Assembly (NCBI RefSeq): GCF_006345805.1
Contig: NC_042998.1
Span: 51,522,001-51,586,000, forward strand
Source: Octopus sinensis
Lineage: Eukaryota
Direction: 5' to 3'
DNA: 64,000 bases
The first letter of the stretch is position 1; each line of letters begins with the position of its first letter. Positions 50,492 to 63,930 of the stretch are shown one piece after another. The position numbers and the translations under genes were made by a program. Under the pieces are notes generated by a model, which was given only the letters and a program-made list of their open reading frames with translations, did no database searches and was not told where the DNA came from.

Positions 50492-52106
50492 GATTTCTTT
50501 TATTAGGCACAAGGCCTCTTATAGAGATGGGACAGTACAAAAACAGACAAAACAATACAGAGGGATACACTAAAACAAATTACGGATGAAATTATGAATA
50601 AATGGTGAGATGAAATGGCTGCATGGCCCCCACTAAACAAGCAGTTCCATTTTTCTGTTTACGTATCACAGTTCATTACTCTGTTTTTTCATAATCTTTT
50701 TTTTAAAGTCCGTTATCTTTTTTTAAATTTCTACATTTTTTTCCGTGCTGTACCATAGTTCTTCCTTGTTTTCCCTCCAAGGTTTCTGATTTCCATCACT
50801 AACCTCTTCTGCTGTTGTTGCTATTTCCATCTCTTCCTTCTCTGCTTGTCTCTCGCTCGATGTTGTTGTCATTTCTCTTCTATCTTCCTTTTTTTTTTCC
50901 TGTCCTTTTACTTTCGTCCCCGGGCTAATTGATGGTATCGCTCTCTGTTTTCTCTCTTTGTCATTCTCGTTTAATTTTGCCGACATCTCGTTTCTTTTCT
51001 GCTCGTTCGCTTTTCCTCATTTTGGTAACCCTTGTCTTTCCTCTACACTTCCGTTTCTTTTCTTCATGGGACTCTTTGGTAGTAAGTCCGAGTTTTCTCG
51101 TCTTTCTTCCTCTTCACCACTGTGTATCTTTCTTCCATATGTTCCACTGGTTCCTCTATGCCTTGAACGTCTACTTCTTGCTGTTCCATCTCCGTCACCT
51201 TCTCTTCGTGTTTCTGGGGACACTTAGCTTTCATGTGTCCCCTTACTCCACATTGATAGCATACGGGAGGTTTTCCTTCCACTACAACTCTCAGCTTCGT
51301 CTCGTCCGGCAACACCAATTCCTCTGCAATTTTGTGGAGGTCTGGTAAATTGATGTGAGCCGTCACCTCGATGCCGTATCCCCAGCAGTTTACCTCCGTA
51401 GTTCTTGTAACTTTTAGTATTTTCGTATCCTCCTCTGTATTAAAAAGATGGCTGCCACCAGCCACACCTCGTCAATTTCTGGGGGCACTCTACCAATCCT
51501 CACTCTGGCCGCACATCTAGCACAGTAAGTTGGTAGTAGTACCCACTCTGTTGATCTCAAAGGCACAGTGGGGTGTTTTATTGCTTCTTCTTCACTCGCG
51601 AAGCGTACATCCACTGTGCCGTATTTCTTACCTCTTGTGTAGTACGCCGTTAGATCTTTGACTTCTCTCAAGCGTTCTTCGACTGCCTCTACCGCAACTA
51701 TTTCAATAGACAGCATTCTGTATATTATTGTCCTTCTCTCTGTCGTTTCAATAACTTCCTTAGGCGGCGTCAGCCTTAGGCTGTCTCTTTCCTTTCTTAA
51801 CAGTTCATTGTACCTCTTGAAATTTGTTTCTTCCAGCTGAATTTCTCTAACTTGCAGTATTATATTTGCTGTTAGACTTTTCCCAGTCACTGCAGTGTAA
51901 CTGCCTTCTGGAACTGGTTGACATTCCATAGCGATATTATCCACAACTTCACCTATAAATGGAGAAGTAAAATAAAAATTCAGGTAAGAATAAATTCAAC
52001 AATTCAGTAATATAACAATTAGGTGCGGTATACCTTAAACAATTCAAACAAGATTTACATGAAGCGAACACACATCAAATGCAACAGGAAATCAAATGGC
52101 TCAATA
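50492..52106 (-). mobile_element. ORF1-only Tx1-like element, unit 3 (about 1.6 kb)
   Basis: ORFs 51414-51944, 51064-51465 and downstream join into one ORF1 with CYQCGVRGHMKAKC (CX2CX4HX4C); perfect ACAACACCAACGTCCT on both sides. Confidence 0.8.
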
Positions 52107-52121
52107 CAACACCAACGTCCT

Positions 52122-53928
52122 GATTTCTTTTATTAGGCATAAGGAGTGGACAACACGAAAACAGACAAAACAATACAATGGGGTACATAAAAACACATAT
52201 CGTATAAAATTATTGATACAATGAAAAATGAGGATGGAATGACATACCTGACCCCATAAGCAGGCAGTTTCATTTTACTGTTTTTATATGACATTTTACT
52301 AACAGTTCAATATCTGCCTTGTATCTGCTGGTTTTCCCTTAAAAAATACACGAAGTCATTAATTATTCAGTTCTTAATTTCCTCATTTACGTCAAATACC
52401 TCCGGCAGCAATTCATCAAAACGAAACTGTACCGGTGTCACTTCTAACTTTTCACCTAACAATTCCTTTAACCGTTCTCCCCTCTCTCTTTCCAGCAAAA
52501 CAGCTTTCAAACCTATATTGTTCTCGTTGGGTGACAATTTAACTCTGATTACGTTCTTCGTTTTCGCTATCTTTTTTTCTATCTCTACACTTTTTGTGTA
52601 TTATATCATATTTCATAAGTATTTTCCCTTCGGTATCACTGTCCGTTTTTCTTCACCAATCTCTTCTACTGTCGCTGGTATTTCTATCTCTGTATTGCTA
52701 TCCTTTCTCTTTCATCTTCCTTTTTCTTCTGTACTTTCTCCTCCTTGCTGGTTGTTGATATCGGTTCCTGTTTATGCTCTTCGACTGCGTCACTTACCTT
52801 TGTTGGCCTTTCATTTTTTTCTGCTCGTTCGTTTTTCCTTGTTTCACACTCTGCGTCTCTTCTCCACTTCCCTTTCTTTTCTTCCTGGGACATTTTTGTT
52901 GGAGAGTCCGTGTTACTCTTTCCTCTTCACCACTGTATACTGTTCCTCCATACTTTGCTCCTCTGCGGTTGAAATTCCTTCGTCTTGTTTTTTCTCTATC
53001 TCCTCCTCTTCAGGTTTCTGTGGACATTTAGCTTTCATGTGTCCCCGTACTCCACATGGATAGCATACGGGAGGTTTTCCTTCCACTACAACTCTCAGCT
53101 TCGTCTCATCCGGCAACACCAATTCCTCAGCAATTTTGTGGAGGTCTGGTAAACTGATGTGAACCGACACCTCGATGCCGTATCCCCAGCAGTTTACCTC
53201 CGTGGTTCTTGTGATTTTCAGAATTTTGGCTTCTTCCTCTGTATTATAGAGGATGGCTGCCACCAGTCACTCCTTGTCAATTTCTGGGAGTACTCCACCA
53301 ATCCTAACTCTGGCTGCACGTCTGCAACAATAGGTTGGTAGTAGTACCCACTCTGTTGATCTCAAAGGCTCAGTGGAGTGTTTTATCGCTTCTTCTTCAC
53401 TCGCGAAGCCTACCTCCACTGTGCCATGTTTCATTCCTCTTGTGTAATATGTCGTTAGACTTTTGATCTCTTCCAAGCATTCCTCGACTGCCTCTACTGC
53501 AGCTATTTCCACTCTTTTTGCAGCAAGAGACAACGTTCTGTATATTACAGTCCTCTTTTCAGCTTTTTTTTCTTTCAGTAATTTACTTAGGCGGTGTCAG
53601 CCTCAGGCTGTCGCCTTCCTTTCTTAACAATTCGTTGTATTTCTTGAAATTCGTGTCGTTCAGTCGAATTTCTCTCACCTGCAGGACATCTGCGGTTAGA
53701 CTTTTCCCAGTTACTGCAGCGGAACTGCCTGCTGGAACTGGTTGACTCTACACATTGTTGTTATTCACAACTTCACCCATAAATGGGGAAGAAAAATGAA
53801 AAATTCACAGGTAACAAGTTTAACAATATAACAATTAGGTGTGGTAGACCTTCCACAATTAAACAATAGCAAGACTCACATGGAGCGAACACACATCAAA
53901 TGCAACAGGGAATCAAATGACTCGACTA
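52122..53928 (-). mobile_element. ORF1-only Tx1-like element, unit 4 (about 1.8 kb)
   Basis: Homologous to unit 3 (CYPCGVRGHMKAKC), with a TGG-to-TGA stop; followed by ATAACACTAACGTCCT. Confidence 0.8.
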
Positions 53929-54259
53929 TAACACTAACGTCCTCTCAACGATTACCCAGAGATGATTTTTAAAATGAGAATATCTGAAAGAAACTCGGCT
54001 GCTCTCACAAACGAGAATACTAAAAATGAACTCGGCCGCTCACAAAGGTTAATTAAAAAAAAAACAGGAATAATAATTCAGAATCGATGTCCGGTACCGG
54101 ATCGATTCCAAAATATAATGAGTTCGTTCCAGTCTCGAGGCTAAACATCCCTGAATGTTACATCCAAATCCATCCAGCAATTCTTGAAATATCTTGTCCA
54201 CAGACAAAAAAACACACACGACTAAAAACAACACCTCCGCCTTAGCGAAGGCGGAGGTG
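53929..54259 (+). mobile_element. Right part of a small non-autonomous DNA element (HINE/Helentron-like); left stub at about 47818-47844
   Basis: Terminal 12-bp hairpin CACCTCCGCCTT-AGCG-AAGGCGGAGGTG; the same ACCTCCG motif is in the left stub; both ends sit in (AAT)n. Joining the two halves relies partly on recall of this repeat. Confidence 0.55.
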
Positions 54260-54283
54260 ATAATAATAATAATTATTATTATT

Positions 54284-54745
54284 GAGTGGGAAAGTATGCC
54301 ATCAAAGTGACACTGGGGTAAAATATACGAAGCCCAATATACCCATCATGACTACCCGTCTGATAAGGGTACACTAGGCACATGCATCGCAACAATATGT
54401 GCGTGACATGGTGATCTCATAACAAGATAAACAGCACATGACCTTGCAGGTGGGACCCAGTTAGAATTTTCTTCAGGTCGAGTAGCCCATCCCTCAAAAA
54501 GTCCCTGAATAAGGATTGTTTAAGGATGCTGAACGAAACGCTCATGTTTTCAAAGGTGAATTATCCAAACCCCAAAGTACTCCTCTCAATACATGGCTAT
54601 GATGCTCCCCGACTACTTCCGCTCATGATCAGGGATGCATACATCGTCAGCCACCAAGGGACATGCTCAACTGGTTAACTTCAAACAACTGACAAGCAAA
54701 TCTGTGCTATTGAGCAGAATATTTGCTGTAGACCATCTTTTATAC
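54284..54745 (-). mobile_element. Inverse copy of the 47341-47815 retroposon segment
   Basis: Colinear reverse complement; (AAT)n tail faces the array. Confidence 0.65.
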
Positions 54746-54969
54746 TACTGACATCCGGTTGATGTCAGTATCTTGCAGCTGTTAATGTCTATGGAGTGGA
54801 CTGCTTCAACAGACATGTCAGGTATCCCAGCTGTTGGAATCAGCACTGTTACTACAAATGCATTGTGGGATGTTGTCTTGTTGTAATAGGAGAATTCCGA
54901 CAGCTATATTTTTCTAAGCCTAGCATAATATTCTTGGTCACTCCGTCTTTATCCACAGTCCCTTTGTAT

Positions 54970-55217
54970 TCGTATGTATGTATGTATGTATGTATGTATG
55001 TATGTATGTATGTATGTATGTATGTATGTATGTCATTATTCAGTTTTATTTCAAGATTTTTTGCCGATAGGGAAAGAGCCGGTTTCTAACCTAGACCCAA
55101 GGTTTCTTAATTAGAATTTCAACATGCATGTATGTATGTATGTATGTATGTATGTATGTATGTATGTATGTATGTATGTGTGTGTGTATGTGTGTGTATG
55201 TGTGTGTATGTATGTAA

Positions 55218-55248
<31 letters not shown>

Positions 55249-55685
55249 TGTCTGTCTGTATGTATGTATGTATGTGTGTGTATGTATGTATATATGTATG
55301 TAAATATGTATGTATGTATGTATGTGTGTATGTGTGTATGTGTATGTATGTATGTATGTATGTATGTATGTATGTATGTATGTATGTATGCTTTCTTCCG
55401 TTTTTTATCATTTAAATTCTTCGTTTGAAGAAGGCGCTGGTTTCTAACAAAGATACAAAGTTCCATCGTTGGAATGTAGATAACGAAAACAATATCAATA
55501 TCACATTTTAAACCTGAGAAAACTCTTGCATAGTTTTACTGTTCTGCTTACAGATTGAATTTGTAATGTGCGAATCAGTTAATTGAGTTTATGTATGTAT
55601 GTATGTATGTATGTATGTATGTATGTATGTATGTATGTATGTATGTATGTATGTATGTATGTATGTATGTATGTATGTATGTATT

Positions 55686-55722
<37 letters not shown>

Positions 55723-55830
55723 ATGCATGCCTGTATGTATGTATGTATGTATGTATGTATGTATGTATGTATGTATGTATGCATGCATGCATGCCTGCAC
55801 GCAAGCACACATGCACGTGTGTATGCATGT
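54970..55830. repeat. Three (TATG)n-rich microsatellite blocks
   Basis: Direct inspection. Confidence 0.9.
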
Positions 55831-56091
55831 GTGTATACGATGAGCTTCTTTCAGTTTACATCTACCAAACTACCAAGTCCACAAACAAGGCTTTCGTCGG
55901 CCCGGGGCTATATTAGAAGACACCTGCTCACGATGCATTACAGTGGGATTGATCCCGGAAACATGCATTTGGAAAGCAAACTTCTTACCACACAGCTACA
56001 CTTGCGACTATTTCGCTTATTCGTTATTATTATTTATTTTTCCGTTTATGTTTTTCAATGCATCATTGCTTTTAGTTAGTTTTAAATACTA

Positions 56092-56464
56092 CTTGCAGTA
56101 TCACCCGGCGTTGCTCGGGTTTTTTCGACCCTTTAGAATTGGAATTTTGGAAAGTAAAAAATTTGCATTTTGTAGCTTGTTATTCTCTTTAAGTGAACAT
56201 TTTTCTGGTTGAAATACACCGAAAAATGGCGATACAGCAGACAAAAAATCGTAAAAAAATAGGAATTTTCATAGAAAAAAAGCATCTTTTTAATGTAAAT
56301 AATTTTTGGTGTTAACATGGTCCGATCTGAATTTTTTCTTCTACGGAAGGAAGAGCAAGCCTTCTTCTATTATACTCTCAATTTTGGTCAACTTGCACCG
56401 CAGGTGCTCGGAGGAGATAGTGTTAGTTAAAGGCTACAAACCTGCCATACACAGACAACTTCAG

Positions 56465-56490
<26 letters not shown>
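56092..56490 (-). mobile_element. Non-autonomous Helitron-like element (Lep1-type architecture)
   Basis: Minus strand begins in (TA)n-AAAGCTGAAG and ends with hairpin CCCGAGCAACGCCGGG followed by a degenerate CTAG (CAAG). Confidence 0.5.
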
Positions 56491-56507
<17 letters not shown>

Positions 56508-57939
56508 ATATGCATTAACACCATGATAACATCGAGTTAACCTTCACATTGCAAGCAAACACAAGAGTTTCTGTTCCATTTCCTGGTGATTTTTCCGTTT
56601 GGTTATCTTCGCCTAAATATAAAGACAACAGATGCGAGTTGTAAATCAACTAACTGACTAGAATCGGAAATACGTTTTTGTGAAAGAGGAAAAAGGAAGT
56701 AGAATATTTTTCAAGGAGCGTACTGGGAGGTTAATGACAGTAAGCTACCAACCACATTCAGCATAGGCACTACCTCTAAACAACGACAACGGCTGCATGC
56801 ACGCGCACACACGCGCGTACACATACAAACGCACATGCGCGCACATATATGAAAAAGGGATGGTTATAGCTCAAACGCACTTGATCATAAGTCTGCTCGG
56901 TTGGGACAGCGAGGGGTAGGGTGTTTGTGCGGGTCGAATCGGCAATATCATCGTTGTTTTGGATGACTACTTCCACTGCGGCACCATCTACGTGGTCGCT
57001 TGACCTACTAGAAACAGTACCCCAAATCCCCTCGATGAATGTATGTATGTATGTATGTATGTATGTATGTATGTATGTATGTATGTATGTATGTATGTAT
57101 GTATGAACTTGTGCATCGTCTGTTTTTCCGTTTTTGTTTCGTATACATTCGAAGCTTTTTTTCCAAGGAATCTAATGCTCTTAGCTTAGTTTTTCCTTGG
57201 GGCTGGCCAGATTGGAGCCATCTCAAGATTAATCAGCCGAAATTGCGAGGATGATCCGGTTCTTGACTGAAGATAAAAGGCTTCGAATGACCTGTCCGTG
57301 TTTTTTTGTATTGTCTATCTGGATGTTTTGTTGTCCCGTTTTGCGTTCTTGTCCCATTTTGTATTGAGCGTACGTACGTATGTATGTATGTATGCATGTA
57401 TGTATGCAGGTAATTATGGATATGTGCTTGTGTGTATGAATATGTTTGTATGTATTTCTGTATATCCTTAGCCAGTGTTGACTCGACGTAGAGCTCATTC
57501 GTCCAGGGCCTTCTTAACATCAATATTAGATTCCGGGCAAATTAAAACACCGGGCTCTATATCATTCATTTATTGGCAGTAAAACATAGCATACATAGAT
57601 CAGAATTGAGCCCCTAGACCCGCGAGATCCCTTAAATTCGTCCACCCGTCAAGTTTCGTAGAAATTACTCGTGTCTCGTCAGGAGCATTAACTCGTAGAC
57701 TTTAATTCGTTTGTAAGAAGGTAGTTGTGTATAGCATGGATACAAACAACAAACTGGTTAATAAAATATAAAAGAGGAAATTTTCACCAGCACACGTGTA
57801 CTCGAAGCCAGAAGTGGAGTCGATCCTTTTTGCTATTGTGTATGAGATTGGTTGTGAATGGTTGGTTATGTGATTCAGTTCAAGTAGTTAAGATCCGGAG
57901 AAACTGAAGTTCTCCCTTAAATAAGTAGGTCTAGTAATC

Positions 57940-58279
57940 GGATCTTTTCCCTTTGAAAGGCAGATCGAGAAATTAAAACCAGTACAAATGCACGAACGAT
58001 GTCATAAATAACAGTGACAAACGAAATATACACCGCCGTTTGTTGTTGTTGACAAGCAACGGCAGTAATTTTATTCAGCTGAATACACATCATTGGTTGG
58101 TTGAAATTACCGAAATACGACAGCATTAACACGAAATGACTTTGAAAATACAAACTTTTCTCAACAACACTAAGAATAAAAGATGTTTTATATGACACAT
58201 TCTACCAGTGTCTGAAGTTTGAAAGTGTTTAGTTACAAAAAATTAATTTCTCGATCTGCCGTTCAAAGGGTAAAGATCC
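57940..58279. mobile_element. MULE-type MITE, 340 bp
   Basis: TIR GGATCTTTTCCCTTTGAA.GGCAGATCGAGAAATTAA; 9-bp TSD CTAGTAATC. Confidence 0.85.
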
Positions 58280-59089
58280 CTAGTAATCAAAAGTCAGACG
58301 ATAAAATGATCGTTAGTTTCGAACTATAATAGTCTGAAACTAATCCTTTCTATTGTAGAATCAAGACCTGAAATTTTGGGGCAAAGAACTTGTCGATTAT
58401 ACTGAACCCAGTGCTTAACTGGTACTCATTTTATCGACCCCGAAAGGATGAAAGGCAAAGGCGACCGTGGCGGAGTTTGGATTCAGGGCATGAAGCCGAA
58501 AGAAATGCCGCTAAGCATTTTGTCCGGTGCGGTAACGATACTGCCAGCTCGCCGCCTTACAGTTAATCAATAGATTCCTTATATGTAAGCTGGAATATCG
58601 ATAGGTAGCGTATAGTTCGGAAAGAAAAGCTGTTGAGAGACATTCAAGAAATGTCAAAGTTGTCCATTGGAAAACCTTGAAAATCAGCTACATAGCAGAC
58701 ACAGTAGAAGTCAATCATATACGAAATGGTCTCTAAACAAACAAACTAAATAACGAACGATTTTTCTGAAGAAAATTAAACTCGCAAAGGGAACTGAAAT
58801 TTGATCAATGAACAACAAGCAGAATATACACACGCGTATAAGTGATGTGAGTTCATTCGCTTTGCGAGCTGAAATTCGAACAACAAAACATGTGTAGACT
58901 ACGCATGCGTGTAAGTGCTAGGAAAGCATATACATCCCTGTATGCATTTCATGTAGCTTGCGAATTTTCATATTTCATATAGAAAAATATTTATATTTCT
59001 CCTTTTCGGAAGGGGTGCTAAAAACATAGCCATGGATTGATAAAAGCAAGACAGAGAATAAAACGCATGTAATCAGACGCGCACACACA

Positions 59090-59186
<97 letters not shown>

Positions 59187-60659
59187 ACATACATACATAT
59201 ACATATATAAATTTATTAACAAATAAAGCATCATTTCATGCCTTTATGTGGAGTTTTGGTGTGGCTTGGAACGCATTACATCTGTTTATACGTATTTTAA
59301 TGACTCATGTAACAAACAATTTGGTTGACGAACAGGGCCCCGAAATGGATTATGTTCGTATATAATGACCCCACTGTATTATGTTCTAGTTAGGAAAAGT
59401 AGTGGGAATTCGGCATCTACTAATATATAAATAGCTGGAAAACCTACAAGGATATCTATTAATTATCACCTGTAGTGGAGATACGGGGATTAGTTTCCTG
59501 ATACTGGAAACGAGGAACAGTAGGTAGTAATAGGTGTAATATATATATTTCAGTAATAAATGTACGGCTACCAATGTATACATCAAAAACTATGATTCAT
59601 TAAACTTACCATTGAGTAGTATGCTAGTGTATCTTGTAAAATAAGAATCTAATTTCAACTGCTTCAACCTTTCTGTAATGTTAAGTGATAATATGTGACA
59701 TTTTGAAGAATTAATAGCTAAAACTCTCTATGATATCTAATTACTGTTCTTTCTTCTGAAATCTTTACACAATTTCATTTGTGGATTTCCAACGTTTAAT
59801 CCATTAATACTTACTTGTCTAGCCGTCCAGTCTCATTGTATTTAAAAGATATTACAGTTGATCTTAGTGGTAATTCCACTCTCCAAACGTCTTTACATCT
59901 TTTCTGTTTTACAACAGACAATATATAATTGAAATTCTAATAGGATTTCCAAGTATCTATGCGGTCGGTCAAGAAAGAAATAGGACATTTTAAAGAACGC
60001 ACTTACTGCTTTATTTAAAATTTAATCAAATTTGTTTCTTTCAAAATAGTTCCTTCTACTTTTGTTCGGATGCTTTTAGCGCACGCCTACCATCTAATTT
60101 GGATTGCATTTCTAAAAGTAGTATACCGTTCTCTCAGTGAATTTTCTGTGTTCTAAAATCGGCGGTCTTTTAATCTGTATTTGAACATTGGGAACATAAA
60201 GGAAATGCGCTGTCGTACGACATCTAGGTTTTGTTTGTCCATGAATCAGGCTTCTCAAACTCTTCGAACATCCAAATCTTCACTGATCGTCTGTGGACAT
60301 GGAAGAAACTTATGATGAATGAGGCTCTTCCAATCAACAAAGACTACTAACATAACCATCGCACTTGAGAGACTTTGTTCTTTTACTTATGTATTCATTT
60401 ATCTATTTTGGTCGCGGCGACGATGACCTAATCCACTGGGATGATTATCTTTTTGTTTCAACATCGTGGGCCGCACATCCACGTTTAGTCATCTAGTATG
60501 ACACTTTCCACAGAGTTTTCAGCTGTATTCGAACCATAAGTTTCTGACTGACCGTGGCTCGGTTCTCTTTTTGTTCATGAGTTTAGCGCCAAAATGATGC
60601 CTCCGCAGGTGTTCTTTTAAAAGTACACGCCACAAACTTTTACAAGTGCATTCATTTTC

Positions 60660-60860
60660 GTGCATTCAAGTTCCCTTAACTGGTGCGTCAAGTCGTTGGG
60701 GAGCTACTCTAGGCGCTTTTGCAGTCAGCCGTTTCCACTGGTCTCTATTTTCTGTCATGTGCGGCAGGGTCGCGGTGTTGTAAACTGTCCAGTCCTTGAT
60801 GTTATCAGACCAGGGTAACATCTCTGCTTGCCTCTCTTTCGCTCTCCCTCATCTGTGCCC
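60660..60860 (-). mobile_element. RTE LINE C-terminal fragment
   Basis: WSDNIKDWT...ENRDQWKRL resembles the RTE ORF end. Confidence 0.45.
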
Positions 60861-62253
60861 TGGTGGTAGGAGGGGGGGCAGAGCTCGAGTAAAGAGAATA
60901 CTTTGGTTTCCGGCTGCAGCATCCTGAGGGATGGACGGCTACACTGGTCTCACTTAACTCTCTCTTTTGGCTCCGAGATCATTCTCAGCCACACGCTGGT
61001 AACTGCACTGCTTGGGGGCTAAACCTAATGAGGGACTGAATGCTTGGAGATTAAATGGGCACAGCCAAGCATTTCTAAGGCCTACCGAAATGCCATAAAG
61101 ATAGATGCGTACTTTTTCAGAAACTTTAGGAATGGTCAGGTTAGAATTTCCACGGATCATAGATTTTGCAATGTTGCTGCAGAAGGCCGTGCACAGTGAT
61201 TGTTCTCATCCATCTGAAACTCTAGTTACACACATGTCCTTGTCTACGGTTCAACCAATCATTCCTATAATTCTGTTGCAATATTAGAAAAAGTCTAAGG
61301 CTTCAAGCTGGCAGAATCGTTTTGCACACTAGGTAAAATTTTCAACGGCATTCCATCCGTCTTTATGTTCTGAGTTCAAATTCCGCCGAGGCCAACTTTG
61401 TTGATCGCCCCTTCGGTGTCAATAAAATAAGTATCATTTGAACACCCCCGAAATTGCTGGCCTTGTGCCAAAAAGCAATGTTAGAAAAGTGACTGCAAAA
61501 TTCTTTTCCAATTTGTAGATACAAGTGTGACTGTGTGGTAAGAAGTTTGCTTCTCAACCAAATGGTTCCAGGTTCAGTCTATGTGACACTATCAACAAGT
61601 GTCTACTATTATAGCTCGGGTCAACGAAATCTTCGTAAGCGGATCTATGTGTTTGTTTTTGTCTCCCACCACTGCTTGACAACAGGTGTTGGCTTGTTTA
61701 CGTTCACATAACTTAGTGGTTCGGCAAAGAGACTGATAGAATAGGTTAACATGTAGTTTATAGTCGTAAAATGATGAAAGTCAATTGTTCTTATAAAATT
61801 GTCTTTTACGATAGAAACCGGAAGTGACGACAGAGACATCTCGTAATTTCATATAAACACTATGTGACATGCCAATGTATCCAATACATAAATATCGTCA
61901 GCATTAACTCGTATCAGGGTAATAAATCTATAGCGAGTGAGTGAACCTCTTCATCCTGATGGGTGCGAAGGGTGCTGGTGCCTGAGGTGGCTGTTCAGCC
62001 CAAGGGCGGAATACAAAATCTTGGGAGCATTTATCACAATGGAGGGTTGGTTGGGGCGAGAAAGTGCGAGTCGCTCTTTGCCTCTTCCACGTCTAATCTC
62101 TACCTCTTGACGTACCTATGTTTAATATATCGTGAAAACTGTATATGTTTTATATAAGCTTAAAAGAGTCATATTTATGGGAAAACCTAAGTCATTTCAT
62201 TTTTAGATTTGGTTTGCAAGAATTTTTATGTGAGTTCGTGTGTTGAAGCATAT

Positions 62254-62460
62254 TTTGTTATGTCTAGGAGAGTGATTCTCTTTTAGTGCCTTATTATTTA
62301 ACACATTCACCGGTAAAGTTTCCACTCATTTACTTATTTATTTTTCGAAAATTTTCGAAAATTTTCGAAAAATAAATAAGTAAATGAGTGGAAACTTTAC
62401 CGTTAAGTGTGTCAAATAATAAGGCACTAAAAGAGAATCACTCTCCCCTGACACAACAAA
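62254..62460. repeat. Spacerless palindrome with about 100-bp arms
   Basis: Centred on (TTTTCGAAAA)x3 at 62341-62372. Confidence 0.9.
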
Positions 62461-63699
62461 CTAACAGTCATTGATGTACGAAATGAGATTATGAAATTCG
62501 CAAATAATTTTTCACGACTTTATAGTATGGATTCGATCCCCCGTTTTGCCACAAAGAAATCACAATTCAATCATTCGCACAACTAAGATTTTATCCAATG
62601 TACAGCCATTGTTCACGTATTAGTTCGATGGTCTAACTAGAACTTTCCGTTGAGCGTTGCCTACAAATATAGACAAGTTGAGCGCCAAAATTTCAGAGTG
62701 ATTCGATTCGAGTTGGCGTTCACTCTATTCATAGCTGTTTTCACACTGCATATTCATCCTGGAACGATCGAAGAAGGAGACACACCACAGCACCATGAAT
62801 CTGTATTGATGCGTAAAAATTAGCTCAATGTTGAATTTCTAACAAAGTCTTTCTGCACGTCATATACGTTGTTTTATCTGAATATTTGTTTCCCTTGTAT
62901 TGTATGAACGCCTACCCTATACTTATAATGTGCGTGTACAAGTCGTGTGTAAAATATTTGGATGTGGTTATCTAAAAATAACCTATCGCAGAATTATTAT
63001 GTTTACACAGAACACACTCTATACTACTCGAACGTATTTACGATATTAAACTAACACACGTCTCACTGACACAGTAACCAATACGGTCCACCAACACTGT
63101 TACCTCCCTTGACAGTTCACACAGTTCTTATTTATTGAAATCTGTTGTCCACTTTCAGTCACGTGAGGGTGTTCCGGATCTTTCCACAACACCTATTAAT
63201 AAAACAAATAAATTATGTTCCATAACATAAAAAAAAATTTCTTGTTACAATCTCTACATCTGTTTCGCCACACATTCTTATGAAAATACGATGTAAATAA
63301 AACATCACTATTTTCACATTGTTATCTAATTTTCTTCTTGGTGGGTATCCATTACCCGTCTATATTCTGTGTATGGAAGTTGTCATCGTGTGGATCAACA
63401 AAATTAAGTGAATGTTTGACAACTTATGACAACTTAAGTTGCCGTGACCCAGACAGGGAGCCCAACCATTGGATATCAAATGTATTTTATGGAATTTTGG
63501 TATATCAACGTCAATTTATGCTTTTATCGCAAAATTCTTTCATTTTAGTATTTTACGACGGTAAACTGCACGTTAAACATGAAATAAATATCAGACTTAA
63601 AAAATAAGAAACCGAATCGATTTGCTCAATTAAACTCTTCAATGCGGTGCACCAGCATGATTGCGATTCAATAATTGAAACAAGTAAAATATAAAGATG

Positions 63700-63700
63700 T

Positions 63701-63731
<31 letters not shown>

Positions 63732-63774
63732 CAACAGCAGCAGCAATAGTAGTAGTAGTAACAGCAGCAGCAGC

Positions 63775-63826
<52 letters not shown>

Positions 63827-63840
63827 ACAGCAGCAGCAGC

Positions 63841-63871
<31 letters not shown>

Positions 63872-63872
63872 A

Positions 63873-63919
<47 letters not shown>

Positions 63920-63930
63920 ACAGCAGCAGC

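Noticed and set aside
48714-53063. Long hydrophobic plus-strand ORFs (for example 48714-49280 and 52518-53063)
   Set aside because: They are antisense shadows of the purine-rich minus-strand ORF1.
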